DNA of 64,000 nucleotides from Bacteroidales bacterium (GCA_012520175.1 JAAYOU010000029.1:8867-72866), one strand, 5' to 3'. Positions 36,645-47,553 are shown, counted from the first letter of the stretch. The notes: generated by a model from the sequence alone, not told the origin. Made by a program: numbers and translations.

Positions 36645-37628
36645 TTATGTATTGTTTTTCATAAGTTTTTCAACTGCATCAACAATTAAATCTGCTTCTA
36701 TTTTTTGCATACAATCAAAATGTTTTTTTGGACAACTATCAAAGCCTAATTTGCTGCAAGGGCGGCACTTTAAATTTTTATTTTCAATAATAACGTAATT
36801 TTCTTTTATCTCTTTTGGGAAATATGGATACATGCCAAAAGCGGGCACAGTGTTTCCCCATATTGAAACTGTTGGCTTATGCAAAGCTGCCGCAATGTGC
36901 ATCATGCCTGTGTCGTTTGAAACAACAACACTTGCATTTTTTATTATTTCAGCAGACCCATACAATGAAAGTTTTGCACAAAGATTAAATACTTTATCTG
37001 AATTGCTTTTTTCAATAAAAGAAGCATTTTCCTTATCTTTTTTTCCACCCAATAACACAACAGGTAAGCTTGATTTTTTTACAAACTCAACAATTTTTTC
37101 TTTTGGATATCGCTTTGTGAAAAAAGTGCCACCAATAGCAAAAACAATATATTTTTCTGGAATTTTAGCGTCTATTTGAATGTTTTTTGGCATAAAAAAA
37201 TCCAATCCTAAATCATCATTTTTAACATTTAAGTTTTTTACAGCTTTGAAATAGCGATCAACAATATGAATGTCTGGGAGTAAGTTTTTCTTAAATTTTG
37301 TAAAAATCCATTTGTAAAAATTAAGTTTATTGAATGTATAGTATCTTATTCTAAGCCGTGCTAACAAAGAAAAACTTCTAATGTTTTTATGCAAATCTAT
37401 CATGCAGTCAAAGTTTTCTTTTTTAAGATTGTCTGCAATTTCCATTGGCGATTTTTTTACAGTCCAGAGCTTTGTTATATAAGGATTTTCCGACATGGTT
37501 TCAGCATAACATTCCCTTGTTAAGAAATGCAATTCGTCTTCTGGTCGTTGTTTTTTCAAACATCGCACTATTGGGGAAGTTAGCACTATATCACCAATTG
37601 AACTTATTCTGTATATCAGAATTTTCAT
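36645..37628 (-). CDS. glycosyltransferase family 9 (heptosyltransferase-like)
   Basis: 327 aa. The N-terminus MKILIYRISSIGDIVLTSPIVRCLK and the C-terminal SNDTGMMHIAAAL are GT9 hallmarks. Confidence 0.8.
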   Translation of the reverse strand: MKILIYRISSIGDIVLTSPIVRCLKKQRPEDELHFLTRECYAETMSENPYITKLWTVKKSPMEIADNLKKENFDCMIDLHKNIRSFSLLARLRIRYYTFNKLNFYKWIFTKFKKNLLPDIHIVDRYFKAVKNLNVKNDDLGLDFFMPKNIQIDAKIPEKYIVFAIGGTFFTKRYPKEKIVEFVKKSSLPVVLLGGKKDKENASFIEKSNSDKVFNLCAKLSLYGSAEIIKNASVVVSNDTGMMHIAAALHKPTVSIWGNTVPAFGMYPYFPKEIKENYVIIENKNLKCRPCSKLGFDSCPKKHFDCMQKIEADLIVDAVEKLMKNNT

Positions 37629-37701
37629 TAAATTATTTTATTTTTCAAATTTTATTTTGAATACATTGCAAATTTAACTATTTTTGTATAAGCATTTACT
37701 T

Positions 37702-37827
37702 ATGAAAAAAACGAAATTTATATATTTTTTAATTTTTGTACTTGTTTTAAGTGTTTCTTTTTCTGCTTGTAATACAAAAAAGAAATTTAATCCCAAAAAA
37801 TGTAAAACTTGTCCACATTTTAATTGA
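37702..37827 (+). CDS. possible 41-aa lipoprotein
   Basis: MKKTKFIYFLIFVLVLSVSFSACNTKKKFNPKKCKTCPHFN has a signal peptide and lipobox. It is very short and otherwise unsupported. Confidence 0.25.
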   Translation: MKKTKFIYFLIFVLVLSVSFSACNTKKKFNPKKCKTCPHFN

Positions 37828-37883
37828 TTTTAAGATATTATTTTAAAAACATATTATTTCAATGTGTTTTATAAATTTGCAAC

Positions 37884-39248
37884 ATGTTTAACCCATCGGA
37901 TTATATAACAATTTGGGACTGGTTATTGTCTTTTATATACATGGGCTTTATAATAATTGCAATGTATGTATATACTTTATTTAAAAGAAAAAACGACCCT
38001 ATATATAAATGGTTAATCCCAGCTTTTATTGTTAAATGCTTTGGAGGTATTGCTGTTTTAATGATTTATGCATATTACTATACCGAAGGCGGAGATACGT
38101 ATTCATATTTTGACAATACAAAAAAACTTCTTTTACTTACCTTTGAAAATCCACAAGGAACACTTAGGCTTCTTTTGGGAGAAAACACATACGAAACTTT
38201 TTCGTTTTTTCCATATTCAATAGGCAAACCTTGGGCAGATCTTTTTTTTGATGATAAAACTTGGGCTGTAAGTCGTTTTACCTATCCTTTTGTTCTTTTA
38301 GGATTTGGCAGAATAATGACCTCCACAATATTATTCAACGCCTACGCATTAATTGGTCCATGGAAATTGTTCAGACTGTTATGTGAGCAATATCCAGACT
38401 ATAGAAAAAAACTAGCTTTTGCAATGTTTTTTATCCCTTCGTGTATATTTTGGGGCTCTGGTCTTTATAAAGATAGCTTTACCCTATCATCTACTCTTTG
38501 GATTTTTTATTCTATTTTGCAAATTACTTTAAATAGAAAAAAAATTGGCATTAATTTATTTTTAATAATATTAAATTCATACATAATCATAAGTGTAAAA
38601 CCTTATATTTTTGTTGTTTTACTACCTGCAGTTCTTATTTTATTCACATATTCATCTGTTAAAAAAATTAAAAACAAAGCCTTAAGAATTCTTGCTCTTC
38701 CATCCTTGACAATAATAGTTTTTGCTGGAGGTCTTTTACTTTTTTCATCATTGTCTTCTTCGCTTGGACAATATGGCAACATGACTTCTATGATAAACAA
38801 ATTAATTATTACAAGAGAAGATTTTATACATAATAAGACATATAGTACAAATTTTTTTGATATTGGAGAGTTTGAGCCTTCTTTTTTAGGTGTCTTAAAA
38901 AAAGTACCATTAGCTTTTTTGTATGGATTGCTTGGTCCATTTCCGTGGCAAGTAACAAATCCCGTTATTGCAATAAGTTCTTTAGAAGGATCGTTGTTTT
39001 TAATTCTTTTTATTTTGTCTTTAAGGGCTGTTTTATTTCAAAAAAATGTATTCAAAAATCTTTCCGACCCAATCTTTATTAGTTTTCTTTTTTTCTCTGT
39101 TATTTTAGTAATTTTTGTAGGATTAAGCACCCCAAATTTTGGTTCATTAGTTCGCTATAGAATACCAGCTCTCCCTTTGTATCTTTTCTGTATGATACAT
39201 GTAATTTCATTATCAAAAAAAGAAAGCCAAAAAAGAAATATTTATTGA
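37884..39248 (+). CDS. polytopic membrane protein, possible polysaccharide polymerase (EpsG/Wzy-like)
   Basis: 454 aa with at least 10 hydrophobic helices. YYYTEGGDTYSYF resembles the EpsG-family N-terminal motif. It lies in a glycan locus. Confidence 0.35.
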   Translation: MFNPSDYITIWDWLLSFIYMGFIIIAMYVYTLFKRKNDPIYKWLIPAFIVKCFGGIAVLMIYAYYYTEGGDTYSYFDNTKKLLLLTFENPQGTLRLLLGENTYETFSFFPYSIGKPWADLFFDDKTWAVSRFTYPFVLLGFGRIMTSTILFNAYALIGPWKLFRLLCEQYPDYRKKLAFAMFFIPSCIFWGSGLYKDSFTLSSTLWIFYSILQITLNRKKIGINLFLIILNSYIIISVKPYIFVVLLPAVLILFTYSSVKKIKNKALRILALPSLTIIVFAGGLLLFSSLSSSLGQYGNMTSMINKLIITREDFIHNKTYSTNFFDIGEFEPSFLGVLKKVPLAFLYGLLGPFPWQVTNPVIAISSLEGSLFLILFILSLRAVLFQKNVFKNLSDPIFISFLFFSVILVIFVGLSTPNFGSLVRYRIPALPLYLFCMIHVISLSKKESQKRNIY

Positions 39249-40423
39249 GAAAGTCCCTGTTCTTGCTTTGTTTTATTTTTTATGTTTTTCTTAAATTTTT
39301 TTATGAGTTTCAAGGATTGATATTCAACCACATAATAAAATAAATATGAAACTCCTACAGCAATCACAACACCAATCCAATAAATTCTAGAATAAAATAC
39401 TTCTACTCCTGTAAACTTAACCAGCAATGAATACAGCAATATAAACAATGGAAAATGAATTAAATACATAGAATAAGAAATTTTACCCATAGAAATAAAA
39501 AAATTGTTTATCCAAGTGGTTTTTACAGGATAATTTATTACTCTGTAAATAGCTATAACAGTGAAGAAACCTCCTAATAAATATGTATATTTATAAGAAA
39601 TAAAAAAACTTCCGTAAACAGCTACTAGCAATAAGATTATGGCACTAATATTATAAAACCAAACATTTATTCTTTTTATTTTATTTTGTAATTTATATTC
39701 AAAAATTAGCCAATAAGTAAAATAACCTAATGCAAAAAAGAAAGCATAATATGTAATAAAATTTGATAACGGTTCAAAACCTAAATATTTAAAAAATATA
39801 TTTTTAAAAATAAATCCAGTTATTAATAATACACTAGTTACAAGCAAAAACATTCTTTTTCTTTTTATGAAAAATGGTGCTGTTAAATAAAAGAAAGCCT
39901 CTATCAGCAAAGACCAGTAAGAGTCATTATAGCCAATATAACAAGGTTTTGCAACAAAAATTAAATTCCAAGCTACAGTTTCTAAGTTAAAATTTTGATA
40001 ATTACTAACCAAGCGTTGGCTATACTCCCTGTCCGTAGCGTTATGAAAAAGTTCATTGTTTATTAATGTTGCAGAATAAAACAATATTATTGTTAGAATT
40101 ATTGAAGCAATATAAGGAATATAGATTCTTATAGCTCTATTTATGTAAAAGTGCTTTGTTTTCCATTTGTTGTTCTGAAAACTATATGCAATAAAGAATC
40201 CGCTTAATACAAAAAACACAATAACCATTAAAGCAGGATTTGAGCTAAACATATCTAATCCAAACAATAATTTGTCAAAAATATTCCAATCTTCTTTTGG
40301 AAACTTTTTGATATATTCTATGCCACCACTCCAAAAGTGAAATTTTGCATGACCTATAACAACCATCAGTGCAGCAAAGCCTCTTATTGAGTGTAATAAT
40401 TTGAATTTTTCTTTATCTATCAT
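39242..40423 (-). CDS. acyltransferase family 3 (OafA/YrhL-type O-acyltransferase)
   Basis: 393 aa. SIRGFAALMVVIGHA is at the N-terminus, with about 10 TM helices. Confidence 0.8.
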   Translation of the reverse strand: MIDKEKFKLLHSIRGFAALMVVIGHAKFHFWSGGIEYIKKFPKEDWNIFDKLLFGLDMFSSNPALMVIVFFVLSGFFIAYSFQNNKWKTKHFYINRAIRIYIPYIASIILTIILFYSATLINNELFHNATDREYSQRLVSNYQNFNLETVAWNLIFVAKPCYIGYNDSYWSLLIEAFFYLTAPFFIKRKRMFLLVTSVLLITGFIFKNIFFKYLGFEPLSNFITYYAFFFALGYFTYWLIFEYKLQNKIKRINVWFYNISAIILLLVAVYGSFFISYKYTYLLGGFFTVIAIYRVINYPVKTTWINNFFISMGKISYSMYLIHFPLFILLYSLLVKFTGVEVFYSRIYWIGVVIAVGVSYLFYYVVEYQSLKLIKKFKKNIKNKTKQEQGLSQ

Positions 40424-40523
40424 TTACGCTTTTTATTATTTTTAAATTAGGCAAATAAAAATAATTGACGCAAAGATAATTTTTTAATTCTATAAAGTTG
40501 TTCTTGTTATAATATAAAAACTA

Positions 40524-41636
40524 TTATGAAAACAGCTTATATAATCGAAACAACCTACTAATAAGTCTCTCTTGATTTGGAAAATCCTTATATGTTTTAG
40601 GTGGAAGTTTTAAGTATTTATCAAATTCTTCTTCGCTGATTTCCCATTTTTTACAGATATATGCTTTATCTTTAAGAACTTTTTCATCATCAAAAGGTTT
40701 AGCTTCCAAAATTCTCAATGCATCATCTCTACTAACTTGTCCATTACAAATTTGCGATGAAAGTGTAGCTCTTCTGTAATCCATATTATATTTTACAGGC
40801 ATTACATACGACTGTAAAAAACCTGTTATGGTTGATTCTTGATGTTTGCCTCCATACTCCTTAAATCCATATGTTTCTATCAAAAATTTACGAGCTTTAT
40901 CCTTATCATAATCAATATAATTCAATGGATAATAAGTTTTTATTCCATGTATAAATTTATTTATAAAATTTTCCTTTAAGCCTGCATACGGAGTCTTTCT
41001 AATTTTAACATTAGAATATTTTTTAACAATATGTCTATATAATTTCATATCGCTTTTTACATGATAGCCCCAAGTTAAAGGCAAAATTCCTTCTGCCGCA
41101 AAATTTCCTCCTGACAAAATACTTGAGATTTTAAACTTTTTGGCAATCTCATAATTTGCTCCCAAAATTGCTAAATCTGTAGGTGTTTCTAAATCAACTA
41201 TTGAAGATTTAAAAAATGCAAGCTGAATTTCTTTAAACTCTTGCCAATCCATTTTATATTCATAATAATCAAAACCTAATTTTTTGACCATTATTTGAAT
41301 GTTTTCTTCAGCTATAGGGGTATTCCATCCATTATTCATATGCATAAGTAAAGGATGTAAACCATAAGTTTTACATAAATGAGCAACAAAACAAGAATCA
41401 ACTCCTCCACTTATTCCAACAAGACAATCATATTTATTATTTTTACTTCTTTTTTTAATTTTAAGTAAAATGTTTTTAAAAATTTTTTCAGATTGCCCTT
41501 CAACATACTTGTGGTTTTCCAATAATTGTAAAAAATCAGTACAATGATTACAATATCCATTTTCATCAAATATAATATCTTCATCAGAGGTGTCCATTAC
41601 ACAACGTTGGCATATTTGATAAGATTTTTTTTCCAT
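40524..41636 (-). CDS. N-acetyl sugar amidotransferase (PP-loop ATPase, WbpG/PseA-like)
   Basis: 370 aa. An N-terminal Cys cluster (CQRCVMDTSD...YCNHC) and the PP-loop VGISGGVDS are present. Confidence 0.8.
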   Translation of the reverse strand: MEKKSYQICQRCVMDTSDEDIIFDENGYCNHCTDFLQLLENHKYVEGQSEKIFKNILLKIKKRSKNNKYDCLVGISGGVDSCFVAHLCKTYGLHPLLMHMNNGWNTPIAEENIQIMVKKLGFDYYEYKMDWQEFKEIQLAFFKSSIVDLETPTDLAILGANYEIAKKFKISSILSGGNFAAEGILPLTWGYHVKSDMKLYRHIVKKYSNVKIRKTPYAGLKENFINKFIHGIKTYYPLNYIDYDKDKARKFLIETYGFKEYGGKHQESTITGFLQSYVMPVKYNMDYRRATLSSQICNGQVSRDDALRILEAKPFDDEKVLKDKAYICKKWEISEEEFDKYLKLPPKTYKDFPNQERLISRLFRLYKLFS

Positions 41637-41640
41637 AAAT

Positions 41641-42966
41641 TTAATTAATATTTTTTAATGCTTCTACTAATTTTTCAGTTTGTATTTTTCTTGAATAATT
41701 CTCTACTCCAATTGTATGATTTTCTATATAATGCTTTTCTTCAAACTCACTAAACAAATCGTCTAAAACTTTATATAAATGCTCCTTATCTTTTACAACA
41801 ATTCCACTATTTGTTTTTCTAATTAAATCTGCTTGTGAGTTTTCGCTTAAACCTTTAATAGTTTGTGTTTTAAAATATTTTTTCTTTAATAAATTTGCCT
41901 CTTTGTCGTTTTCAAAGCATAGAATAATCTTTCGGTTTAAAGCTAAATAATCATATATTTTTGCTCCCATAATAGAATAGTGATTAAACAGAAGCAATAC
42001 GTTTGATTTTGATATTTCTTTAATAAATTGGTAATTAGGAATTTTAGGAAATATTTTAATCTCGTTTTTTAAAATATCAAGTTCTTTTATAATATCAGAC
42101 ACATCTTTTTTATCACTAATGCCATAAAAATTAACTCTGATTTTTCTGTCAGGATTCATTTTTAAGTAATCTAAAAGTACAGAGAAGAATAACCTATAAG
42201 GATGAAATTTGTAAATTGTTCCAGTTAAAGATATAGTTAATAAATCATTGTTTTGATTAACTTTAATATTATTAATTAAGATATTTTCATCATATCCATT
42301 AGGAATAACTAAAAATGGTTTGTTTTTAATTAGCTTTTTAATTATAAACATATAATATTCAGATACAGTGCATATTAATTTAACATTTCTCAAATATTTC
42401 TTTTCCAAAATTTGTGATATTATTTTTTTTTTGGGATTGTTATTAAAAGAGACATTTGACCAAGGATCTCTATAATCTGCAACCCAAGGAATATTAAATT
42501 TTTTACTTAATTTTGAAGCGTATTTGAATAATACAAAAGGGTCACCTGTAGCTATAATTACATCTACTTTATTGTCTTTTAAAAATTTTTTAGCAGCTTT
42601 ATATAATTCATATTTTGTTCCTATTGGCAAAAACCATTGCCCAATTTCATTATAACCAGCAGAAATTTTCTTTAAAACATTTGATAATAGGTCTTTTTTA
42701 CCTTTTAGGTTTAAACGATTTGAAAGAGTCGCCTTATAAGGTGTTTTTATTAAAATGCCTTTTTCTGTTTCTTCAATTTCTACATCTTTTGTTTTACTTG
42801 GCTGTATGTAATCTAAATCGTTACCATGAATAGGATTCCAATTGCGAGTAATTACAATTGGAAAAAGTCCCATTTCCTTAAAATTCTCGTACCAATAACT
42901 AGGACGCAATCCTCCTACTGAAACATACGGCGGAAAATCATAAGCTAATATTAATATTTTTTTCAT
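41641..42966 (-). CDS. glycosyltransferase (GT4-like)
   Basis: 441 aa. The N-terminus KILILAYDFPPYVSVGGLRP is typical of GT-B group-1-like enzymes. It contains an A10 tract on the coding strand (42423-42432). Confidence 0.55.
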   Translation of the reverse strand: MKKILILAYDFPPYVSVGGLRPSYWYENFKEMGLFPIVITRNWNPIHGNDLDYIQPSKTKDVEIEETEKGILIKTPYKATLSNRLNLKGKKDLLSNVLKKISAGYNEIGQWFLPIGTKYELYKAAKKFLKDNKVDVIIATGDPFVLFKYASKLSKKFNIPWVADYRDPWSNVSFNNNPKKKIISQILEKKYLRNVKLICTVSEYYMFIIKKLIKNKPFLVIPNGYDENILINNIKVNQNNDLLTISLTGTIYKFHPYRLFFSVLLDYLKMNPDRKIRVNFYGISDKKDVSDIIKELDILKNEIKIFPKIPNYQFIKEISKSNVLLLFNHYSIMGAKIYDYLALNRKIILCFENDKEANLLKKKYFKTQTIKGLSENSQADLIRKTNSGIVVKDKEHLYKVLDDLFSEFEEKHYIENHTIGVENYSRKIQTEKLVEALKNIN

Positions 42967-43042
42967 TGTGCCAAATAATATTTGTATTTATAAAATAAAA
43001 ATGCATGTTTTTTGAAAAATTTTTATTATTCTCATTAAAAAG

Positions 43043-43945
43043 TTATTTGTTAGAGTGTTTATTTCTTTTTTTTATTTTCGACAAAGCTCCTTTAAACAAA
43101 AGTTTTGTCTGATTTGTTGATGGAATAACAAACCAATACCACCACAGCATTGGATATAATGATATTGCAAAACCCGCGTTTTTCGCAATTCTAATCATTT
43201 TAACAGAAAAATGAACTAAATTTAAACGGCGAATATAAAACGCAAAAGATTCAAGTATTCCATTTGATTGAAAAGTTATTTTATGATTTGTATTTGCTGG
43301 CGTTTTTACTCGTTTAAAAAACAACGGTTGTTCGTTATACACATGAGTATAATTACCTTTGGATAAATAAAATAACAAACTAGGGTAAATATTATTATAG
43401 GCACATTTCCTATTAGGCCAGTGCCAAACAGGAAAGCGAACACCTTTAATTTCATCAGTTTTAAAAACAGCATAACCAAATTCATCATGTGAATTTTTTA
43501 TGAAATTTTTTATTCTTTTTCGGATGTGCTTTTCTGAATAGTCAAAGTTAAGATTTTCTGAAATTCTATGGTCATTCTCATCAATATGTATAAATGTTGA
43601 AAAAGCAACAATGGCATCAGAATTATTTTCTAAAGCTAAGATCATTTTTTCAACATAAGAATCTGCCATTAAATCATCATCTCCTGCCCACATAAAATAT
43701 TTTGAATTAGCCAAAGACAATAGAAATTCCATATTGCGAGATATTCCAATATTTTCTTTTTGTTTGATATATTTAATTCTATTGTCAATTTTAGCATACT
43801 TAAGACAAATATCGGCACTACCATCTGTTGAGCAATCATCAGATATTATCAATTTAAAATCAGTATATGATTGTTTCAATATGCTTAATATTGACTGCTC
43901 TATAAATTTAACATCGTTATATACTGGCAAACCTATTGTTAGCAT
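43043..43945 (-). CDS. glycosyltransferase family 2
   Basis: LTIGLPVYNDVKFIEQSILSILKQSYTDFKLIISDDCSTDGS and a later GDDD motif. Confidence 0.85.
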   Translation of the reverse strand: MLTIGLPVYNDVKFIEQSILSILKQSYTDFKLIISDDCSTDGSADICLKYAKIDNRIKYIKQKENIGISRNMEFLLSLANSKYFMWAGDDDLMADSYVEKMILALENNSDAIVAFSTFIHIDENDHRISENLNFDYSEKHIRKRIKNFIKNSHDEFGYAVFKTDEIKGVRFPVWHWPNRKCAYNNIYPSLLFYLSKGNYTHVYNEQPLFFKRVKTPANTNHKITFQSNGILESFAFYIRRLNLVHFSVKMIRIAKNAGFAISLYPMLWWYWFVIPSTNQTKLLFKGALSKIKKRNKHSNK

Positions 43946-43947
43946 TA

Positions 43948-44748
43948 TTAAAATATTTTCTTTAAAATTTTATATCTAATAAATCTGTATGGAAATTTTA
44001 TTATATTTAAAAATACAGAATATGGTGAAAGTGGTATTTTAACATATTTATGCATTTTAGAATGTTGAAATGCAATATGTTGATTTTCTCCATAGAAAAC
44101 AACAGCTTCTTTTTTTAGAGCTGAAGCTAATGTTGCAGTTCCAGATGTTAAACAATATAATTTTTTGCTTGAAAAAATCAAATCACAAAAATCTTGCAAA
44201 GTTGGGGTTGTAATATAATGACATTTAGGATCATATTTATGAAGAGCCTTAGGGCTTGTTAACTTCATTACAGAGTCAATCTGTATTTTGTGTTTCTTAA
44301 TAAAATAAGAAGCGTCATGATGAGTTATATCTCCAACATATGAAAAAAAGTTGGGGTCAAAAATACTTTTATTAAAGTCTGGATTAAATACTGGATTATA
44401 AAACACTTCAGGATCATGCATCCTTTTACCATCATCTAATCCATAATGCAACATAACCAAATCTAGTAAATTGATATTCGTTTTTGGGTTCTTTTTAAGC
44501 TCTGGACTAAGTTTTTCAACTATTTCTGCAATGCTGCATGTTATTCCCTTTTCATCTACAAATCCATCTACAAATGGATTTAAAGACCAAACAATATATT
44601 TGTTATCATTGTTTCTAAATAAAGAATGCTCAGAAATAAACACTTTTTCAAAGGCTCCTGTTTCTTTTGCAATACGCGGAATATGGCTGTGAAACAAGTG
44701 GTCTCCAAGTCCATAATATTGAATTTCAATTATAAGTGTTTTTCCCAT
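43948..44748 (-). CDS. hypothetical protein in the glycan locus
   Basis: 266-aa ORF tightly packed between two GT2 genes. I recognise no confident motif. Confidence 0.3.
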   Translation of the reverse strand: MGKTLIIEIQYYGLGDHLFHSHIPRIAKETGAFEKVFISEHSLFRNNDNKYIVWSLNPFVDGFVDEKGITCSIAEIVEKLSPELKKNPKTNINLLDLVMLHYGLDDGKRMHDPEVFYNPVFNPDFNKSIFDPNFFSYVGDITHHDASYFIKKHKIQIDSVMKLTSPKALHKYDPKCHYITTPTLQDFCDLIFSSKKLYCLTSGTATLASALKKEAVVFYGENQHIAFQHSKMHKYVKIPLSPYSVFLNIIKFPYRFIRYKILKKIF

Positions 44749-44786
44749 ATTTATAGTAAAATTAAAACATTTTTATATACATTTTA

Positions 44787-45710
44787 TCACTTTGCCTTTA
44801 ATTGTCTTTTCCCTTTACCTATTTTTCTTCTATATAATATTGGAATCGAAATATACTTAAAAAATCCACTAAAATAAAATTTTGTTTCTTTAAAAAAATC
44901 TTTTCTGTATTGGTTATCTAACAGCCACATTAAGAAAAAATTTGTACAAATATTAAATACATAGATAAAATGATATAATAAATAACCAAAAAAACCATGT
45001 ACTTTGTAAAATAATAAAGCTGTTGATAATTTACTTTGTTTATTTGCCCAAATTCTATTTGGAGTACTTCCACCGTTTTTATGAATAACGCTCACATCCT
45101 CTAAAAACACAATTTTATAGCCAAGTTTGCGAATTCTATTACATAAATCAATTTCTTCAGAATACATAAAAAAATCTGGATCAAATCCTTTACATTCTTT
45201 CATTATCTTTGATGGAATAAACATAAAGGCTCCCATTATTGCTTCTATTTTATATTTTTTAGGAGGAATAATTTTTGAAAACAAAAGATTTCTATCTAGT
45301 ATTTTTCCATATCTAGCAATAGTTGATGTAAACGATTGAACACTTCTATCTTCGTTCAACATTTTGCATCCTAAAACACCAATAGTTTCATCTTCTTCTG
45401 CCTTATGTAAACAAGCTGTTATCGCTTTTTCATCTTCAATAATCACATCGGGATTTATCAAAAGCAAATATTTGCCAGAAGATACATTAACTCCAATATT
45501 ATTTCCCGCACCAAAACCAACATTGTTAGCAGACCCAATATACTTTATATTTTTGCATTTTTCTATTATTTGCTTAGAATCATCTTGGGAATTATTATCA
45601 ACAACAATTATTTCATAAGACATTGATTTGATGTTTTTAACAATACTATCAATACACTTAACTGTTAAAAGTGGTTTTTTGTAGTTTACTATAATGAATG
45701 ATATTAGCAA
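44787..45710 (-). CDS. glycosyltransferase family 2
   Basis: ISFIIVNYKK...IIVVDNNSQDDS, NVGFGAGNN and LLINPDV motifs. Confidence 0.85.
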   Translation of the reverse strand: MLISFIIVNYKKPLLTVKCIDSIVKNIKSMSYEIIVVDNNSQDDSKQIIEKCKNIKYIGSANNVGFGAGNNIGVNVSSGKYLLLINPDVIIEDEKAITACLHKAEEDETIGVLGCKMLNEDRSVQSFTSTIARYGKILDRNLLFSKIIPPKKYKIEAIMGAFMFIPSKIMKECKGFDPDFFMYSEEIDLCNRIRKLGYKIVFLEDVSVIHKNGGSTPNRIWANKQSKLSTALLFYKVHGFFGYLLYHFIYVFNICTNFFLMWLLDNQYRKDFFKETKFYFSGFFKYISIPILYRRKIGKGKRQLKAK

Positions 45711-45739
45711 GGTATATTATTTTAGTTTTTATTTTTGAC

Positions 45740-46093
45740 CTAAGTTCTAAAATCTACAAATATTCTGATACAAAATAAAGTTTTTAATAGTTCTAAACAA
45801 TATTTAAAGTACATAGATTTAGAAAAATATTCCAATGTAAGATTGCCGTGCCATGCAAAAAATCGTTTAATTAACTCTTTTTTATATTTAGAGCCAAAGT
45901 GTTTTTTTAGTGCCTTAAATAACACTAATATTTTTAAAGTACTACTCCTTGAGGAAATTCCTGCTGAATAATTTCTATAAGCATTCATGATTTCTGGCAT
46001 ATATTTGAAACTTCCAACAGAAGTCATTGCAGCAACAAATAATCTCTCCCCTTTTATTATATTATGCTTATATGATAATTTAAACAATTTCAT
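45740..46093 (-). CDS. hypothetical protein (117 aa), possibly a gene fragment
   Basis: ORF only. It is Lys-rich and I recognise no motif. Confidence 0.25.
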   Translation of the reverse strand: MKLFKLSYKHNIIKGERLFVAAMTSVGSFKYMPEIMNAYRNYSAGISSRSSTLKILVLFKALKKHFGSKYKKELIKRFFAWHGNLTLEYFSKSMYFKYCLELLKTLFCIRIFVDFRT

Positions 46094-46117
46094 TGTTTTT
46101 GTAATATTTAAACAAAC

Positions 46118-47116
46118 TTAATAATATTTAACTTTGTTAGTATTAATTCTTTTTGCCATATATCTCGGAACTATCAAAGAAGCAATTGCTCCAATAAAAA
46201 TTTTTAAATTAAAACCACGTTTGGGAGTATATTTAATTTGCCTTAAAGCTAATTGTTTTGCTACAGGAATATCATTGTTTTCAAAAGCATATATTCTTAA
46301 AATATTAATTAGAGAATATATGGTCTTATTTAAAAATTGTTTTTGTTTTCTATTTAGTTTATAGTTGTTTAAAAGATGGAAATAACCATTTAGTTGTTTT
46401 GTCCAAAAATTGAAATTTTCTTTACTTGACCAATTTCTACGTTTCAATGAAAAAATACCGCCTAAATGTACTCTGTATGCTGCCATTTTCGCTTCAAAAC
46501 GCTTAATTTTACCATTATATGCATTATGTAAATGTAAAAAATAATCTCCTGTTACAACATTAGACAAAATAAAGTTTTCAATGTTTTTTGCTCTAAAAAC
46601 TACAGAAGGGGTGTGAATGTGATTACCTCTGAATAGGAAATCATCAAAATCAAAATCAGTTTGATTATCAATATATTTTATTTCATAATTATCTTTGTTT
46701 TCCAAAGGTTTATTATCTTTATCGACAATTTCAACATCATGGAAACAAGCTGAATATTCTTGGTTTTTCTCCAAAAAATCAACCTGCTTTTGCAATTTTA
46801 ATGGGTCTGTCCAATAATCGTCTCCTTCGCACATGGCAAAGTATTTGCCTTTGGCTCGAGGGAACTGATAAGTTTTTGTTATTCCAATTCCTTTTGAGTA
46901 TTTATTTTCTGTTTGATAGATTGGTTTAATGATATCAGGATATTTTGCCTCGTATTCCCGAATTATATCTGCTGTTCTATCAGTAGAAGCATCATCGTGA
47001 ATAAGTACTTCAAAAAGGAAATCGGTTTTTTGCATTATAAAACCATCTAAACACTTGCGGATGTAAGGTTCATGATTATAAGTTAAGCAACAAATTGAAA
47101 CTATTGTAGTTTTCAT
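46118..47116 (-). CDS. glycosyltransferase family 2
   Basis: VSICCLTYNHEPYIRKCLDGFIMQKTDFLFEVLIHDDASTDRT and a CEGDDYW motif. Confidence 0.85.
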   Translation of the reverse strand: MKTTIVSICCLTYNHEPYIRKCLDGFIMQKTDFLFEVLIHDDASTDRTADIIREYEAKYPDIIKPIYQTENKYSKGIGITKTYQFPRAKGKYFAMCEGDDYWTDPLKLQKQVDFLEKNQEYSACFHDVEIVDKDNKPLENKDNYEIKYIDNQTDFDFDDFLFRGNHIHTPSVVFRAKNIENFILSNVVTGDYFLHLHNAYNGKIKRFEAKMAAYRVHLGGIFSLKRRNWSSKENFNFWTKQLNGYFHLLNNYKLNRKQKQFLNKTIYSLINILRIYAFENNDIPVAKQLALRQIKYTPKRGFNLKIFIGAIASLIVPRYMAKRINTNKVKYY

Positions 47117-47553
47117 TTTATTATGTATTCAAGTGTTAATTTGTCATATTCTTTAATTATACTAAAGTTATGTTTTAAATAAAAATTTATCGCTCTTTTG
47201 TTCTCTACTTTTACCTCTAGTAATATTTTATTTAATTCATTATGTTTAGCATAATCTATTGCTTGTCTAAGTAATGTCGTTGCTATTCCTCTACGAGCAT
47301 ATTGTTCTGATACACTTAAGTTTGTTATAAAAGCGTATCTTCCGTCTTTATTTATATAAATTGCTAGTAAAGCTACTAAAGTTTTATCCGAAAACACCTC
47401 GAATCTATTTGCTAATTTATAAAGTTTATCTGCATAAAGTTCTATATCAACATAAGATTCAAGTTTTGGGTCAAAGCTTGTATTTACATCATGCAAATGT
47501 GTTTTTATTTGATTTACATCTGATTGATTAAAGCTAAAACTTAAGTCATCCAT
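47113..47553 (-). CDS. GNAT family N-acetyltransferase
   Basis: 146 aa. The motif-A context is ITNLSVSEQYARRGIATTLL. There is a 4-nt overlap with the downstream GT2 gene. Confidence 0.75.
   Translation of the reverse strand: MDDLSFSFNQSDVNQIKTHLHDVNTSFDPKLESYVDIELYADKLYKLANRFEVFSDKTLVALLAIYINKDGRYAFITNLSVSEQYARRGIATTLLRQAIDYAKHNELNKILLEVKVENKRAINFYLKHNFSIIKEYDKLTLEYIIK

Noticed and set aside
37872-37879. TAaaTTTG box as the promoter for the 37884 membrane-protein gene
   Set aside because: It ends only 4 nt before the ATG, so transcription would start within or after the start codon. Either the mRNA is leaderless, or the true start is a downstream Met. This was too uncertain to list as a feature.
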